From an uncultured Thermoplasmata archaeon (GTDB lineage Archaea; Thermoplasmatota; Thermoplasmata; GCA-020350865), in assembly GCA_965372465.1 (NCBI GenBank), contig CBDVCK010000001.1, forward strand, positions 1 through 43,605: a DNA stretch of 43,605 bases, in the 5' to 3' direction. How positions within the stretch are numbered: position 1 is the first letter of the stretch; every line of letters starts with the position of its first letter. A program made the position numbers and the translations under genes. Below are positions 1-8,247 of the stretch, one piece after another. The notes beneath the pieces are model-generated. The model made no database searches. It was not told the DNA's origin and saw only the letters and a list, made by a program, of their open reading frames with translations.

Positions 1-360
1 CTGATACTCCCTTCCCGATTCCATAAATTCCTTCAATGCCTTTCCCTGGTTACACATCATGTCAATCCATTTCAATGATGAATTTTCTATGAAATCCTGG
101 ATATTCAAATCCTGAATATAGGTGTACAGGTTGGCACATATGGTAAGTGATGTGGGATTTATCTTGGGATGCTCTCCGAAATCCTCGATGTCGACCTTTA
201 ATAACTTACTTCCCTTTTTATATTCGGAGCATTTTTTTACACCCATTACCCTTGTAGGAAAATTTGTGGGCATTTCTGCATAGCACTCGTATTCCACTCC
301 AAGACCTATGTTATTATTTCCAAGGGATCTTGAAAATTCGCAAGTTCTACAAATAGACAT
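1..360 (-). CDS. Hypothetical protein; the N-terminal 120 codons lie in the window and the 3' end runs off the left edge
   Basis: Minus-strand ATG at 358-360. I checked all 120 codons down to position 1 by hand and found no stop (no tta/cta/tca triplets in that phase on the + strand). It is absent from the supplied track, presumably because no stop lies inside the window. The translation begins MSICRTCEFSRSLGNNNIGLGVEYECYAEMPTNFPTRVMGVKKCSEYKKG. No family recognised. An AT-rich TATA-like element (rc of about 411-425) lies upstream. Confidence 0.4.
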   Translation of the reverse strand, partial: MSICRTCEFSRSLGNNNIGLGVEYECYAEMPTNFPTRVMGVKKCSEYKKGSKLLKVDIEDFGEHPKINPTSLTICANLYTYIQDLNIQDFIENSSLKWIDMMCNQGKALKEFMESGREYQ

Positions 361-512
361 TACCTTAAAAATTCCCATCCAGTCTTTATTAATCTTTTGA
401 AGTAATTATCAAATTTTTATAAATAAAGAATATTTAACAATGGATCATCTGACCTTTGATATTCATATCCTTTGTTATAGACAGAGCTATGCATCGCATA
501 AATATTTGATTA

Positions 513-1262
513 TCACAATCCGGTTCCCTGCTCCAGGAAGTACTCAGCGTAATTCATTCCCCGTTTTGCAATCATGGAATTTGGTTTCAATTCCATGGCT
601 CTTTCAAAGTATCTTTTGGCACCGTTGTAATCATCAAGGCTCTCCATTGCAGTACCCCTTCGTGCAAATGCATCAGGGTTTGTTGGATCAAGCTCGCAAG
701 CCTTATCAAGACATTCCATTGCCCTGGCAACCTCTCCCAGATTTAAGAGTGCAATACCGTATTTGAACCACAACTTGGAATCATCATCTTGAGTCTCTAG
801 TTTCCTCTCCAGTTTTTCAACTTCACTGCGTGCCTTATCTATCCTCTTTAAAACCTTTTCATGTGCCGGTTGTGCAAGCTCATGGTCCGGAACCAATTCC
901 AGTGCTTTTGAATAGTATTCCAAAGCCTTCACCTTGTTGCCGTAAAAATCCTGGACCCTCCCTTTAAACTCCCAATCATTGGCTTCGGAAAGATCAATCT
1001 GTCTTTGATAGTGACTGGATTTTTCCTCATCCCCAAGCTCGGTTGCAATGGAAATAAGCCTTTCGTAAACCTTCTTTGAGTCCACAGGCCTCCAGAAGTA
1101 TTCCTCGATTTCTGCCACCTTTTTGTGAATTTGTGTAAATTTCTCTTTTGCTTCCCCCAAATCGGATATGTTTACAGTATCCATGGCCTGAAATAAAGCC
1201 TCGATATTCCTCTTCATACTATCCGATACATCCAATTCTGCGAGTTTTTGTATTTCGTTCAT
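513..1262 (-). CDS. TPR repeat protein
   Basis: 249-aa ORF with an ATG start. It has tetratricopeptide-like helical repeats, e.g. KALEYYSKALELVPDHELA and AMECLDKACELDPTNPDAFARRGTAMESLDDYNGAKRYFERAMELKPN. The overlapping + strand ORF 440-766 is an antisense shadow. Confidence 0.8.
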   Translation of the reverse strand: MNEIQKLAELDVSDSMKRNIEALFQAMDTVNISDLGEAKEKFTQIHKKVAEIEEYFWRPVDSKKVYERLISIATELGDEEKSSHYQRQIDLSEANDWEFKGRVQDFYGNKVKALEYYSKALELVPDHELAQPAHEKVLKRIDKARSEVEKLERKLETQDDDSKLWFKYGIALLNLGEVARAMECLDKACELDPTNPDAFARRGTAMESLDDYNGAKRYFERAMELKPNSMIAKRGMNYAEYFLEQGTGL

Positions 1263-1453
1263 GAGCTCTACAATGCCTTTTTAGAATTAAAAGTTAGCCC
1301 TGCGGACATCTTTGATGTTTAATTCGGTTTTTGGGATTTTTTAACGAGCAAAGAAAGGACCCAATAAGGTTCAGGAGGGTTCGTCAATACCTCCTCATCA
1401 TTTGCTTCGGCAAACATTTAATACCAATCATGATATATGCTGTTTTGTAATAT

Positions 1454-2245
1454 TTGGATAGGGGGAAATTGCAAGTGACTGAGTTTAAAAATATACAATA
1501 TACAAAGGATGAACATGTCGCAACAATCACTCTTAACCGGCCACCTCTGAATGTTCTCAATATTGAGATGATGAGGGAGATCAACAGCGTAGTTGAAGAG
1601 CTGCAGGATGAATCCAAGCTGAAGGTCGTGATTTTTAAAGCAGAAGGAAATGCTTTCTCTGCAGGTGTTGATGTGGCTGATCATACCGGTAGGAAAGCCG
1701 AGGAGATGATTCACATTTTCCACGAAATCTTCTTTAACATGACGAAAATCCAAGCACCCATTATTGCCCTGGTAAACGGTGCGGCTTTAGGTGGAGGATG
1801 TGAACTTGCTGTGTTCTGCGACATGGTTTTAGCCTCGGATAGGTCCAAGTTCGGGCAGCCCGAAATCAAAGTGGGAGTGTTTCCACCAATCGCCGCCGTG
1901 ATATTTCCCTGGTTTACCAACTTCAAGAAATCAATGGAATTACTTTTGACCGGAGACACCATCGATGCCAATGAGGCAAAGAACCTTGGTCTTATCAATG
2001 CTGTTTTTCCCGCCGAGAGTTTCGAAAGTGATGCAAAGAACTTTATCGAAAAGATAACCGCGAACAGCTCGGTTGTTCTGCAGCTGACAAAAAGGGCAAT
2101 GGATGAGGCGTACGGTGAAGATTATCATACCGGTGTTTCCAAGGTGGAGAATATCTATCTGAACAAACTTATGAACACCCACGATGCCAACGAAGGATTG
2201 AAGGCATTTTTAGAGAAAAGAAAACCGGAATGGAAGAACGAATGA
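1454..2245 (+). CDS. Enoyl-CoA hydratase/isomerase (crotonase) family protein
   Basis: Crotonase hallmarks: ITLNRPPLNVLN, FSAGVDV, and the oxyanion-hole segment ALVNGAALGGGCELAVFCD. The track start at 1454 is TTG. An in-frame GTG at 1475, preceded by GGGGG at 1461-1465, is an equally plausible start. Confidence 0.9.
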   Translation: MDRGKLQVTEFKNIQYTKDEHVATITLNRPPLNVLNIEMMREINSVVEELQDESKLKVVIFKAEGNAFSAGVDVADHTGRKAEEMIHIFHEIFFNMTKIQAPIIALVNGAALGGGCELAVFCDMVLASDRSKFGQPEIKVGVFPPIAAVIFPWFTNFKKSMELLLTGDTIDANEAKNLGLINAVFPAESFESDAKNFIEKITANSSVVLQLTKRAMDEAYGEDYHTGVSKVENIYLNKLMNTHDANEGLKAFLEKRKPEWKNE

Positions 2246-2258
2246 AGGTGGGGATAGA

Positions 2259-3002
2259 ATGGAGTTGGAAGGTCATGTTGCCATTGTTACAGGAGGAAGC
2301 CTGGGTATAGGTTCTGCAATCGCTCTTGCCCTGGCAAAGGAAGGCGCCGATATTGCACTTAATTACAGAAAGCATGATGCAGAAGCTAATACTATTGTTG
2401 AGCAGATAAAGGGGATGGGAAGAAAGGGGATGGCAATACAGGCGGATGTCTCAAAGACAGAGGATGCCAGGAACATGGTAAAGAGGGTCAAGGAGGAATT
2501 TGGAAGACTGGACATACTTGTGTGCAACGCCGGAATCAACATGGACAGTGTGATTTGGAAGATGTCTGAGGAGCAGTGGGATACTGTAATTTCAGTCAAC
2601 CTGAAAGGGTATTTCAACTATGCAAAAGCAGTTGCTCCGATTTTTAAAGAGCAAAAGCATGGTAAGATCGTAAACATAACCTCGATAAACGGTCTGCGCG
2701 GAAAATTCGGGCAGTCCAATTACTCTGCAAGCAAAGGCGGAATTATAGCCTTGACAAAAACTCTTGCCAAGGAACTTGGGAGGTATAATGTCAATGCAAA
2801 TGCAGTGGCTCCGGGTATGATAGGAACCGAGATGATGCTCAAGCTCCCCGAGGAATGGAAGCAAAAGGCTGTAAATGAAACCGTTCTTGGAAGGATCGGA
2901 ACACCAGAGGATGTGGCAAATGTTGTCGCTTTCCTGTGCACAGATAGGGCCAGGCATATCACTGGTGAGGTCATCAAGGTGGACGGCGGGCAGTACATCT
3001 AA
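2259..3002 (+). CDS. Short-chain dehydrogenase/reductase, 3-oxoacyl reductase (FabG-like)
   Basis: Contains the TGGSLGIGSAIA Rossmann motif, NAG, and the catalytic YSASKGG (YxxxK). The ATG is preceded by AAGGTGGGG. It starts 13 nt after the crotonase stop. Confidence 0.9.
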   Translation: MELEGHVAIVTGGSLGIGSAIALALAKEGADIALNYRKHDAEANTIVEQIKGMGRKGMAIQADVSKTEDARNMVKRVKEEFGRLDILVCNAGINMDSVIWKMSEEQWDTVISVNLKGYFNYAKAVAPIFKEQKHGKIVNITSINGLRGKFGQSNYSASKGGIIALTKTLAKELGRYNVNANAVAPGMIGTEMMLKLPEEWKQKAVNETVLGRIGTPEDVANVVAFLCTDRARHITGEVIKVDGGQYI

Positions 3003-3015
3003 AAAGGTGATTGTT

Positions 3016-4164
3016 ATGAAAATCGGAGTTGTGGGCATAGGCCATGGAATGTTTGGAAAGAGAAACGATGCAACTGTTCAGGAGCTTGCATTCGAGCCAT
3101 TTTCCGAGGCTATGTTGGACTGCGGTATCTCGCAGAATGAAATCGATTCTGTTATCGTTGGCTCTTCTCCTGAGTATCACAAACAGCGCTCCCTACCAGG
3201 TGTTGTTGCCGAATACATTGGCATGAACCCCAAACCTACCTTCTTAACCGAAGCTGCCTGTGCCTCTGGCTCAGCTGCACTATATTCAGCATACGGATTT
3301 ATCAAGGCAGGTATGTTCGATGTTGTTGCCGTAATCGGCGTGCAGAAGATGATGGAGCTTTCCACACCCGAGATTTTGGCACTCATGGGAAGGGTAGGAG
3401 ATGTGCAGTGGGAATCAAACTTCGGAACCACGTTTCCCGGATATTATGCCATGTATGCAAGACGGCACATGCACGAGTTTGGAACCACAGAGGAGCAGAT
3501 GGCCCAGGTTGCGATAAAGAATCATTTTTATGGCACCAAGAATCCAAAGGCCAGATTTCGAAAAGAGGTGAGCATGGAGAAGATCATGTCCTCGGCAATG
3601 GTGGCATCACCTTTGAAGATGTACGACTGCTGCGCAAATGCGGACGGTGCAGCCTGTCTCATCATAGCCAATGAGAATATGGCAAAGAAACTATCAGACA
3701 CTCCTGTCTGGCTTGAAGGTGTGGGAAGTGCAACTGCTCCATTTTCGGTTTTGAATCGGGCTTCCATTTCCACGATTCCAAGTGCAGTTGAGGCGGGAAG
3801 GCAGGCCTACAAAATGGCAGGTGTGGGTCCTTCGGACATCCATGTTGCAGATGTTCACGACTGCTTTACAATTGCAGAGATCATGGCCTACGAGGATTTG
3901 GGATTCTGTGAAAAAGGTGGAGGAGGAAAGTTCATAGAGGATAAGCAGACCTACATCGGTGGAAAGATCCCGGTCAATGTGGACGGCGGCCTGAAATCAA
4001 AGGGCCATCCAGTGGGTGCCACCGGAACTTCAATGGCAGTGGAGGCAGTGAAACAGCTTCGCGGTGATGCAGGGGAGAGGCAGGTTGCAGGAGCAGAAGT
4101 CGCGCTGACCCACAATGTGGGTGGTATAGGGCAGTACTGCTTTGTGAACATATACAAGAGGTGA
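3016..4164 (+). CDS. Thiolase-like acetyl-CoA C-acyltransferase (archaeal/SCP-x type)
   Basis: Contains the TEAACASGSAAL active-site Cys segment, HDCFT, and GHPVGATG near the C-terminus. The track ORF begins at 2875 inside the SDR gene in another frame. I place the start at ATG 3016 (MKIGVVGIGHG), 5 nt after a GGTGA site. Confidence 0.9.
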   Translation: MKIGVVGIGHGMFGKRNDATVQELAFEPFSEAMLDCGISQNEIDSVIVGSSPEYHKQRSLPGVVAEYIGMNPKPTFLTEAACASGSAALYSAYGFIKAGMFDVVAVIGVQKMMELSTPEILALMGRVGDVQWESNFGTTFPGYYAMYARRHMHEFGTTEEQMAQVAIKNHFYGTKNPKARFRKEVSMEKIMSSAMVASPLKMYDCCANADGAACLIIANENMAKKLSDTPVWLEGVGSATAPFSVLNRASISTIPSAVEAGRQAYKMAGVGPSDIHVADVHDCFTIAEIMAYEDLGFCEKGGGGKFIEDKQTYIGGKIPVNVDGGLKSKGHPVGATGTSMAVEAVKQLRGDAGERQVAGAEVALTHNVGGIGQYCFVNIYKR

Positions 4165-4168
4165 TAAG

Positions 4169-4576
4169 ATGGGTTTTGAAAGATTCGGCAAGGTTTCATT
4201 TGCTCCTTTTACAAAGGTCTCCAAGTTCGTGGATTTTCTGGATGAGGGAAAGATAAAGGGAACTATTTGCAGCAAATGCGGAACGTTTCATTTTCCTCCA
4301 AGAGGAGATTGTGTATCATGCCCATCTTCCAAGGTCGATTGGAAGGAGATCTCAGGCAACTGCAAACTTGTGACCTATACTACAATTCATGCTGCTCCTT
4401 TGGGATTCGAGGATGACAAACCGTATACCCTTGCCATGGTGGATCTGGAGGAAGGAGGAAGGGCCATGGGGTGGACAGAGGGATTGTCTGAGGAGGAGCT
4501 GAATATCGGGATGGCTCTGAAGCTCGAGATTAAAAAGCTGCCTAATGAAAGGTTTACTTTTGTTTTGAAGGCGTGA
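4169..4576 (+). CDS. DUF35 family Zn-ribbon/OB-fold protein (thiolase partner)
   Basis: Contains CSKC-x10-CVSC followed by an OB-fold-like C-terminal half. GAGGTGA precedes the ATG. The gene starts 4 nt after the thiolase stop. A DUF35 gene next to a thiolase gene is the canonical archaeal arrangement. Confidence 0.85.
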   Translation: MGFERFGKVSFAPFTKVSKFVDFLDEGKIKGTICSKCGTFHFPPRGDCVSCPSSKVDWKEISGNCKLVTYTTIHAAPLGFEDDKPYTLAMVDLEEGGRAMGWTEGLSEEELNIGMALKLEIKKLPNERFTFVLKA

Positions 4577-4578
4577 GG

Positions 4579-7479
4579 TTAATTCATCATTCCCGAGGTT
4601 TTGCAATTGGGGCACGTAACATGCCTAGGACTCCCTGTTCTTACTACTGAAAATCGATAAAAGCAGTTGGGGCAGGATATCGGGATTGTTTGCTGTAAGG
4701 GTTGACTTTGATTCACGAGTTGTTGTTGAGGTTGGGATTGAGCTAGAACCTGCGGTTGTGGCACAACGGTTTGAGAAGTTGTTTTCTTCTTTTTTGCTAT
4801 TGCCATGACTACAATAACCACAGCTAAAATAACAGCCAATAATACAGCTAGAATAAGATACATTATCTGAAATTCTTCCTCCTCTGCTTTAGGTTTTCCA
4901 ATGGTCGTGAAACCAAGTTCATATTTATCTTCGAGGTCCTTACCTGCCATGTCATTCGCTTGAGTACCAATCGAGATTTTATAAAAAGTATCATATTCAA
5001 GGGGTTCTGTGAACGTGATTGTCAAGGTCTTGTTGTCGTTGCTCCAGGATAATGAATACTCAGTGTACGGATCAATTGAAAGTGCGGATTCAACGGATTC
5101 TGTATCCATGGGTTCGCTGAACTCAATTTCGATTTCCGAGTTTAATGAAACATCTTCCGCATAATTATCCATGGAGGATGATTTTATGGTTGGAGATGAG
5201 GTATCTATATTAAAGACAAACCAAATTTTATTTACATTGCCTGCAAGATCCACAGCTTTTATTGTAATAACATATTCCCCTTCATCCCAACCTGCAGCAT
5301 TAATATAATAGGGTTCTGTGAAAGTTATGAACGAACCTACGTTAATCGAATAGCTAACGGTTTCCAAATTATTATCCGATATGTCAAAATCAAGATTGAA
5401 AGATTCTATAAGCATTGATTCATTATCGGGTGAGGTCAGTATGATTTCAGGTGCAATAGAGTCTTTGGTAAATACGTATAATTCTTCATTGGAATTACCA
5501 GCTTGATCACGGGCATGGACAAGAAGAGTATTTCCTCCTTCTGGCCAACTGCTTCCATCAATAATATAAGGATCCGAAAGTAGTATTTGATTTTGGGAAT
5601 TAAGTGAATATAAAACCTCATCCAGGTTCGTATCTGAAATCGTTAATTCTATTTCCGGGGAGGAACCAATGTATGAACCTTCCACAGGTGAAACAAGAGC
5701 AATTGCCGGGGGCACAGTATCCACATAAAAGTGATACACAGCTGTTTTGACATTGTCGGATGTATCTTTTGCCTGAACCTCAACTTCATAATCCCCATCG
5801 TTCCAATTTCCGGTATCTATATCATAGGGGGAATTAAGAATCTGGTTAGCCCCACTATTTATTGAATAAGTGACTTCATCCAAATTCAGATCAGAAACAG
5901 ATAGGTTTATTTTGGTCCCAATATCGATGAAAGAGTTATTTGAGGGTGAGATGAGCTCAATTGCAGGGGGTGTGGTGTCAACTCCCCAGGGTTCCATCAA
6001 GGGATAATTATCAAAGGTATCAATTTCAATTGCATAAGGGGAATCACCTATACCATCACCTCCTGAGATGTCCTGGTTAGCACCGTTTTTCTTATCCGCA
6101 CCCGAATAATCATCCCAGTAATTTCCACCTGATGGATAGCCGTTGTCCCATTGGTTTCCGGAAATAGTATCATCATATGCTTGGTATGCATTGCTTATGA
6201 TATTGTTGTGATAAATCAAGTTATTGTAGGAATCGGTTATGTTGAATCCCCAATTATTGTCGATTAAAGTGTTTCTTGTATTCACATTATTATCTGAATT
6301 GAAAATGAAAATTCCGGCACCACTCCAATGAGATGCGATGTAGTTATTATTGATAATGTTCCCATTGGAAAATCCAAGCATTATACCAATTATACCATCA
6401 GAGAGAGTATTATCACTTATAATATTCCCATTAGAAGCCAAAAGGTCGATGCCAACCCAATTGTCCAAAGCATAGTTATCTGAAATATTATTCTCATTAG
6501 AATAACTTAACCATAAACTATAATCGTTATTCCAGAAAGTATTACTTGAAAATGTATTATTGTCAGAATAAAAAAGATATATCCCATACTGTTCAGTTGA
6601 GGATATGTTATTGGAAGTGATTAGATTTTTATTTGAGAATCCCAAAAGAATACCTATATAACTATCGGAAATTTGCTGGTTCTCTACATTAACATTGGTA
6701 CAGTTGGCAAGAATCACCTGCCCAGCTCCTGATGGAACTGTTCCTGCAGTTTGGTTCTTCCAATAATAAACAGGCTTTCCATTAATGGTATTTGATGTAT
6801 CAATATCGTGAGTGTTCCAGTGTTCAACAAAAATACCACTGAGTACAAAACCAGTATCTGTCATTGTGTTATCGGATATGATGCTATATATTGAAAAATC
6901 AAGGCTTATGCCATCATATTGGGTGGAAATGATATTACCCGAAATGGTAATATTACCTGAATGACTGATATCGATACCTTCAAAATCATCAACAATATTA
7001 TTTGTGATTATACTATTGTTTGAATAATAGATATAAATTGCATCTCTGTTGTCAGTAAAAAAATTGCCAGAGATCGTGGCATTGTGAGCATTGTTTACCT
7101 CAATCCCAGCATCCCGTGGATTCCCATTTGGCCCGCTGTCGATAACCGAAAATCCACTCACATTCACCCAATTTGCAGATATATGAACAACATCTCCGAC
7201 TCCCTGACCATCGATTGTTGTAGTATCCCTATCCTCTCCTGTAAGATTGATGGTCTTATCCACAATCACATGCTCGTAGTACGTCCCGCTGTAAACATAT
7301 ACCGTATCTCCTTCATTTGCTGCATTTATTGCCATAGTTATCGTAAAGAAATCCGCTCCTCCGCTGTCATCAACTGTAATTGTTGTTCCGCCAATAGTAG
7401 GTATGATTTCTATAATAATCATAATTGAACCAAATACTACCACAAGACAAAGCCAAGGTGCAGCTATCCTCCTATACAT
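4579..7479 (-). CDS. Membrane-anchored surface protein: right-handed beta-helix (PbH1/NosD-CASH type), Ig-like repeats, a C-terminal TM helix and a cytoplasmic zinc-ribbon tail
   Basis: 966 aa. Order of elements: an N-terminal hydrophobic signal/anchor; many N/I/S/G-rich beta-helix turns (e.g. ISGNFFTDNRDAIYIYYSNNSIITNNIV); three 86-aa repeats; an SbsA/Big_5-like domain (EIEFSEPMDTESVESALSIDP); the TM helix MYLILAVLLAVILAVVIVVMAIA; a Q/P-rich linker; and a terminal CPNC-x16-CPNC. NxS/T sequons are numerous. Confidence 0.85.
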   Translation of the reverse strand: MYRRIAAPWLCLVVVFGSIMIIIEIIPTIGGTTITVDDSGGADFFTITMAINAANEGDTVYVYSGTYYEHVIVDKTINLTGEDRDTTTIDGQGVGDVVHISANWVNVSGFSVIDSGPNGNPRDAGIEVNNAHNATISGNFFTDNRDAIYIYYSNNSIITNNIVDDFEGIDISHSGNITISGNIISTQYDGISLDFSIYSIISDNTMTDTGFVLSGIFVEHWNTHDIDTSNTINGKPVYYWKNQTAGTVPSGAGQVILANCTNVNVENQQISDSYIGILLGFSNKNLITSNNISSTEQYGIYLFYSDNNTFSSNTFWNNDYSLWLSYSNENNISDNYALDNWVGIDLLASNGNIISDNTLSDGIIGIMLGFSNGNIINNNYIASHWSGAGIFIFNSDNNVNTRNTLIDNNWGFNITDSYNNLIYHNNIISNAYQAYDDTISGNQWDNGYPSGGNYWDDYSGADKKNGANQDISGGDGIGDSPYAIEIDTFDNYPLMEPWGVDTTPPAIELISPSNNSFIDIGTKINLSVSDLNLDEVTYSINSGANQILNSPYDIDTGNWNDGDYEVEVQAKDTSDNVKTAVYHFYVDTVPPAIALVSPVEGSYIGSSPEIELTISDTNLDEVLYSLNSQNQILLSDPYIIDGSSWPEGGNTLLVHARDQAGNSNEELYVFTKDSIAPEIILTSPDNESMLIESFNLDFDISDNNLETVSYSINVGSFITFTEPYYINAAGWDEGEYVITIKAVDLAGNVNKIWFVFNIDTSSPTIKSSSMDNYAEDVSLNSEIEIEFSEPMDTESVESALSIDPYTEYSLSWSNDNKTLTITFTEPLEYDTFYKISIGTQANDMAGKDLEDKYELGFTTIGKPKAEEEEFQIMYLILAVLLAVILAVVIVVMAIAKKKKTTSQTVVPQPQVLAQSQPQQQLVNQSQPLQQTIPISCPNCFYRFSVVRTGSPRHVTCPNCKTSGMMN
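5210..5982 (-). repeat. Three tandem coding repeats of about 258 nt (86-aa Ig-like module)
   Basis: The repeat units begin at VDTTPPAIELISP (about 5982), VDTVPPAIALVSP (about 5724) and KDSIAPEIILTSP (about 5469), and end at IDTSSPTI (about 5210). The same module occurs in gene 13917-22220. Confidence 0.75.
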
Positions 7480-7533
7480 TAAAGAAGTTAACGGGCTAGC
7501 CAGATAAATACCTTGCGATTTACTATTAAATGT

Positions 7534-8247
7534 TCATTCCAGCATCTCAACAAGGAGCTCCGACATATCCAGAACCCTTATCTTCGAGTTAATCCTCTCC
7601 GCAGCTTCCCTGAGCTGGTGAGTACAGAACGGACAGGCGGAAGTCAATACCTCAGCCCCTGTATCTTCTGCTTCCTTCAATCTTTCATCTGCCATTTGAT
7701 CAGATAACTGGGGAAATCCTGCTCGCACTCCCCCACCTGCACCGCAGCATCTTGCATTATTTCTGTTTCTTACCATCTCAACAAGTTCCAGGCCGGGGAT
7801 GTTCCTCAAGATGTCCCTTGGAACATCGTACATACCGGAGTGCCTCCCCAAATGACAGGGATCATGATACGTGACCTTCATCTTGGTTTCCGGGAATTTC
7901 AAGGACCCTTTATCAATAAGCTCCATAAACAGCTCCAACACATGCTTTACCTCAAAATCCAAAGGGCCAGTCATCTTCTCGTAGTCGTATTTCAAGGTCT
8001 TAAAACAGCCCGCGCAGGAGGTTACAACCACATCTGCTCCGCTCTTTTGGATGGCATCCACATTGTGCTCCATCATTTCCTTTCCCAAATCAACATTGCC
8101 GGTTCTCAACATGACAGAGCCGCAGCACCATTCATCGGAACCTAAAAGTTCGAATTCCACCCCAGCCTTTTTCAGCAATTCTATAGTACTTCTTGCAATT
8201 TCATTGGCACGATAGGTTGCCATGCAGCCAGGGAAGTAGAGGATCAT
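7534..8247 (-). CDS. CCG-domain (Fe-S) oxidoreductase subunit, GlcF C-terminal half / HdrB / LutA-like
   Basis: Two cysteine-rich CCG-type modules: FPGCMATY...WCCGS...TSCAGC and HDPCHLGR...RCCGAGGG...SACPFC. The start overlaps the upstream gene's stop by 4 nt (ATGA at 8244-8247). Confidence 0.85.
   Translation of the reverse strand: MILYFPGCMATYRANEIARSTIELLKKAGVEFELLGSDEWCCGSVMLRTGNVDLGKEMMEHNVDAIQKSGADVVVTSCAGCFKTLKYDYEKMTGPLDFEVKHVLELFMELIDKGSLKFPETKMKVTYHDPCHLGRHSGMYDVPRDILRNIPGLELVEMVRNRNNARCCGAGGGVRAGFPQLSDQMADERLKEAEDTGAEVLTSACPFCTHQLREAAERINSKIRVLDMSELLVEMLE

Noticed and set aside
2875-3015. The N-terminal extension of the thiolase ORF given in the track (start 2875)
   Set aside because: The extension overlaps the 3' end of the SDR gene in another frame and encodes no thiolase-like sequence. 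ATG 3016 has a GGTGA site and yields the typical MKIGVVG thiolase start.
4574-4581. Convergent stop codons only 2 nt apart (tga gg tta) between the DUF35 gene and the 966-aa gene
   Set aside because: This is real in the sequence, but by itself it reflects only a compact genome. There is no room for a terminator, so the transcripts probably overlap. I could not support any specific regulatory claim.
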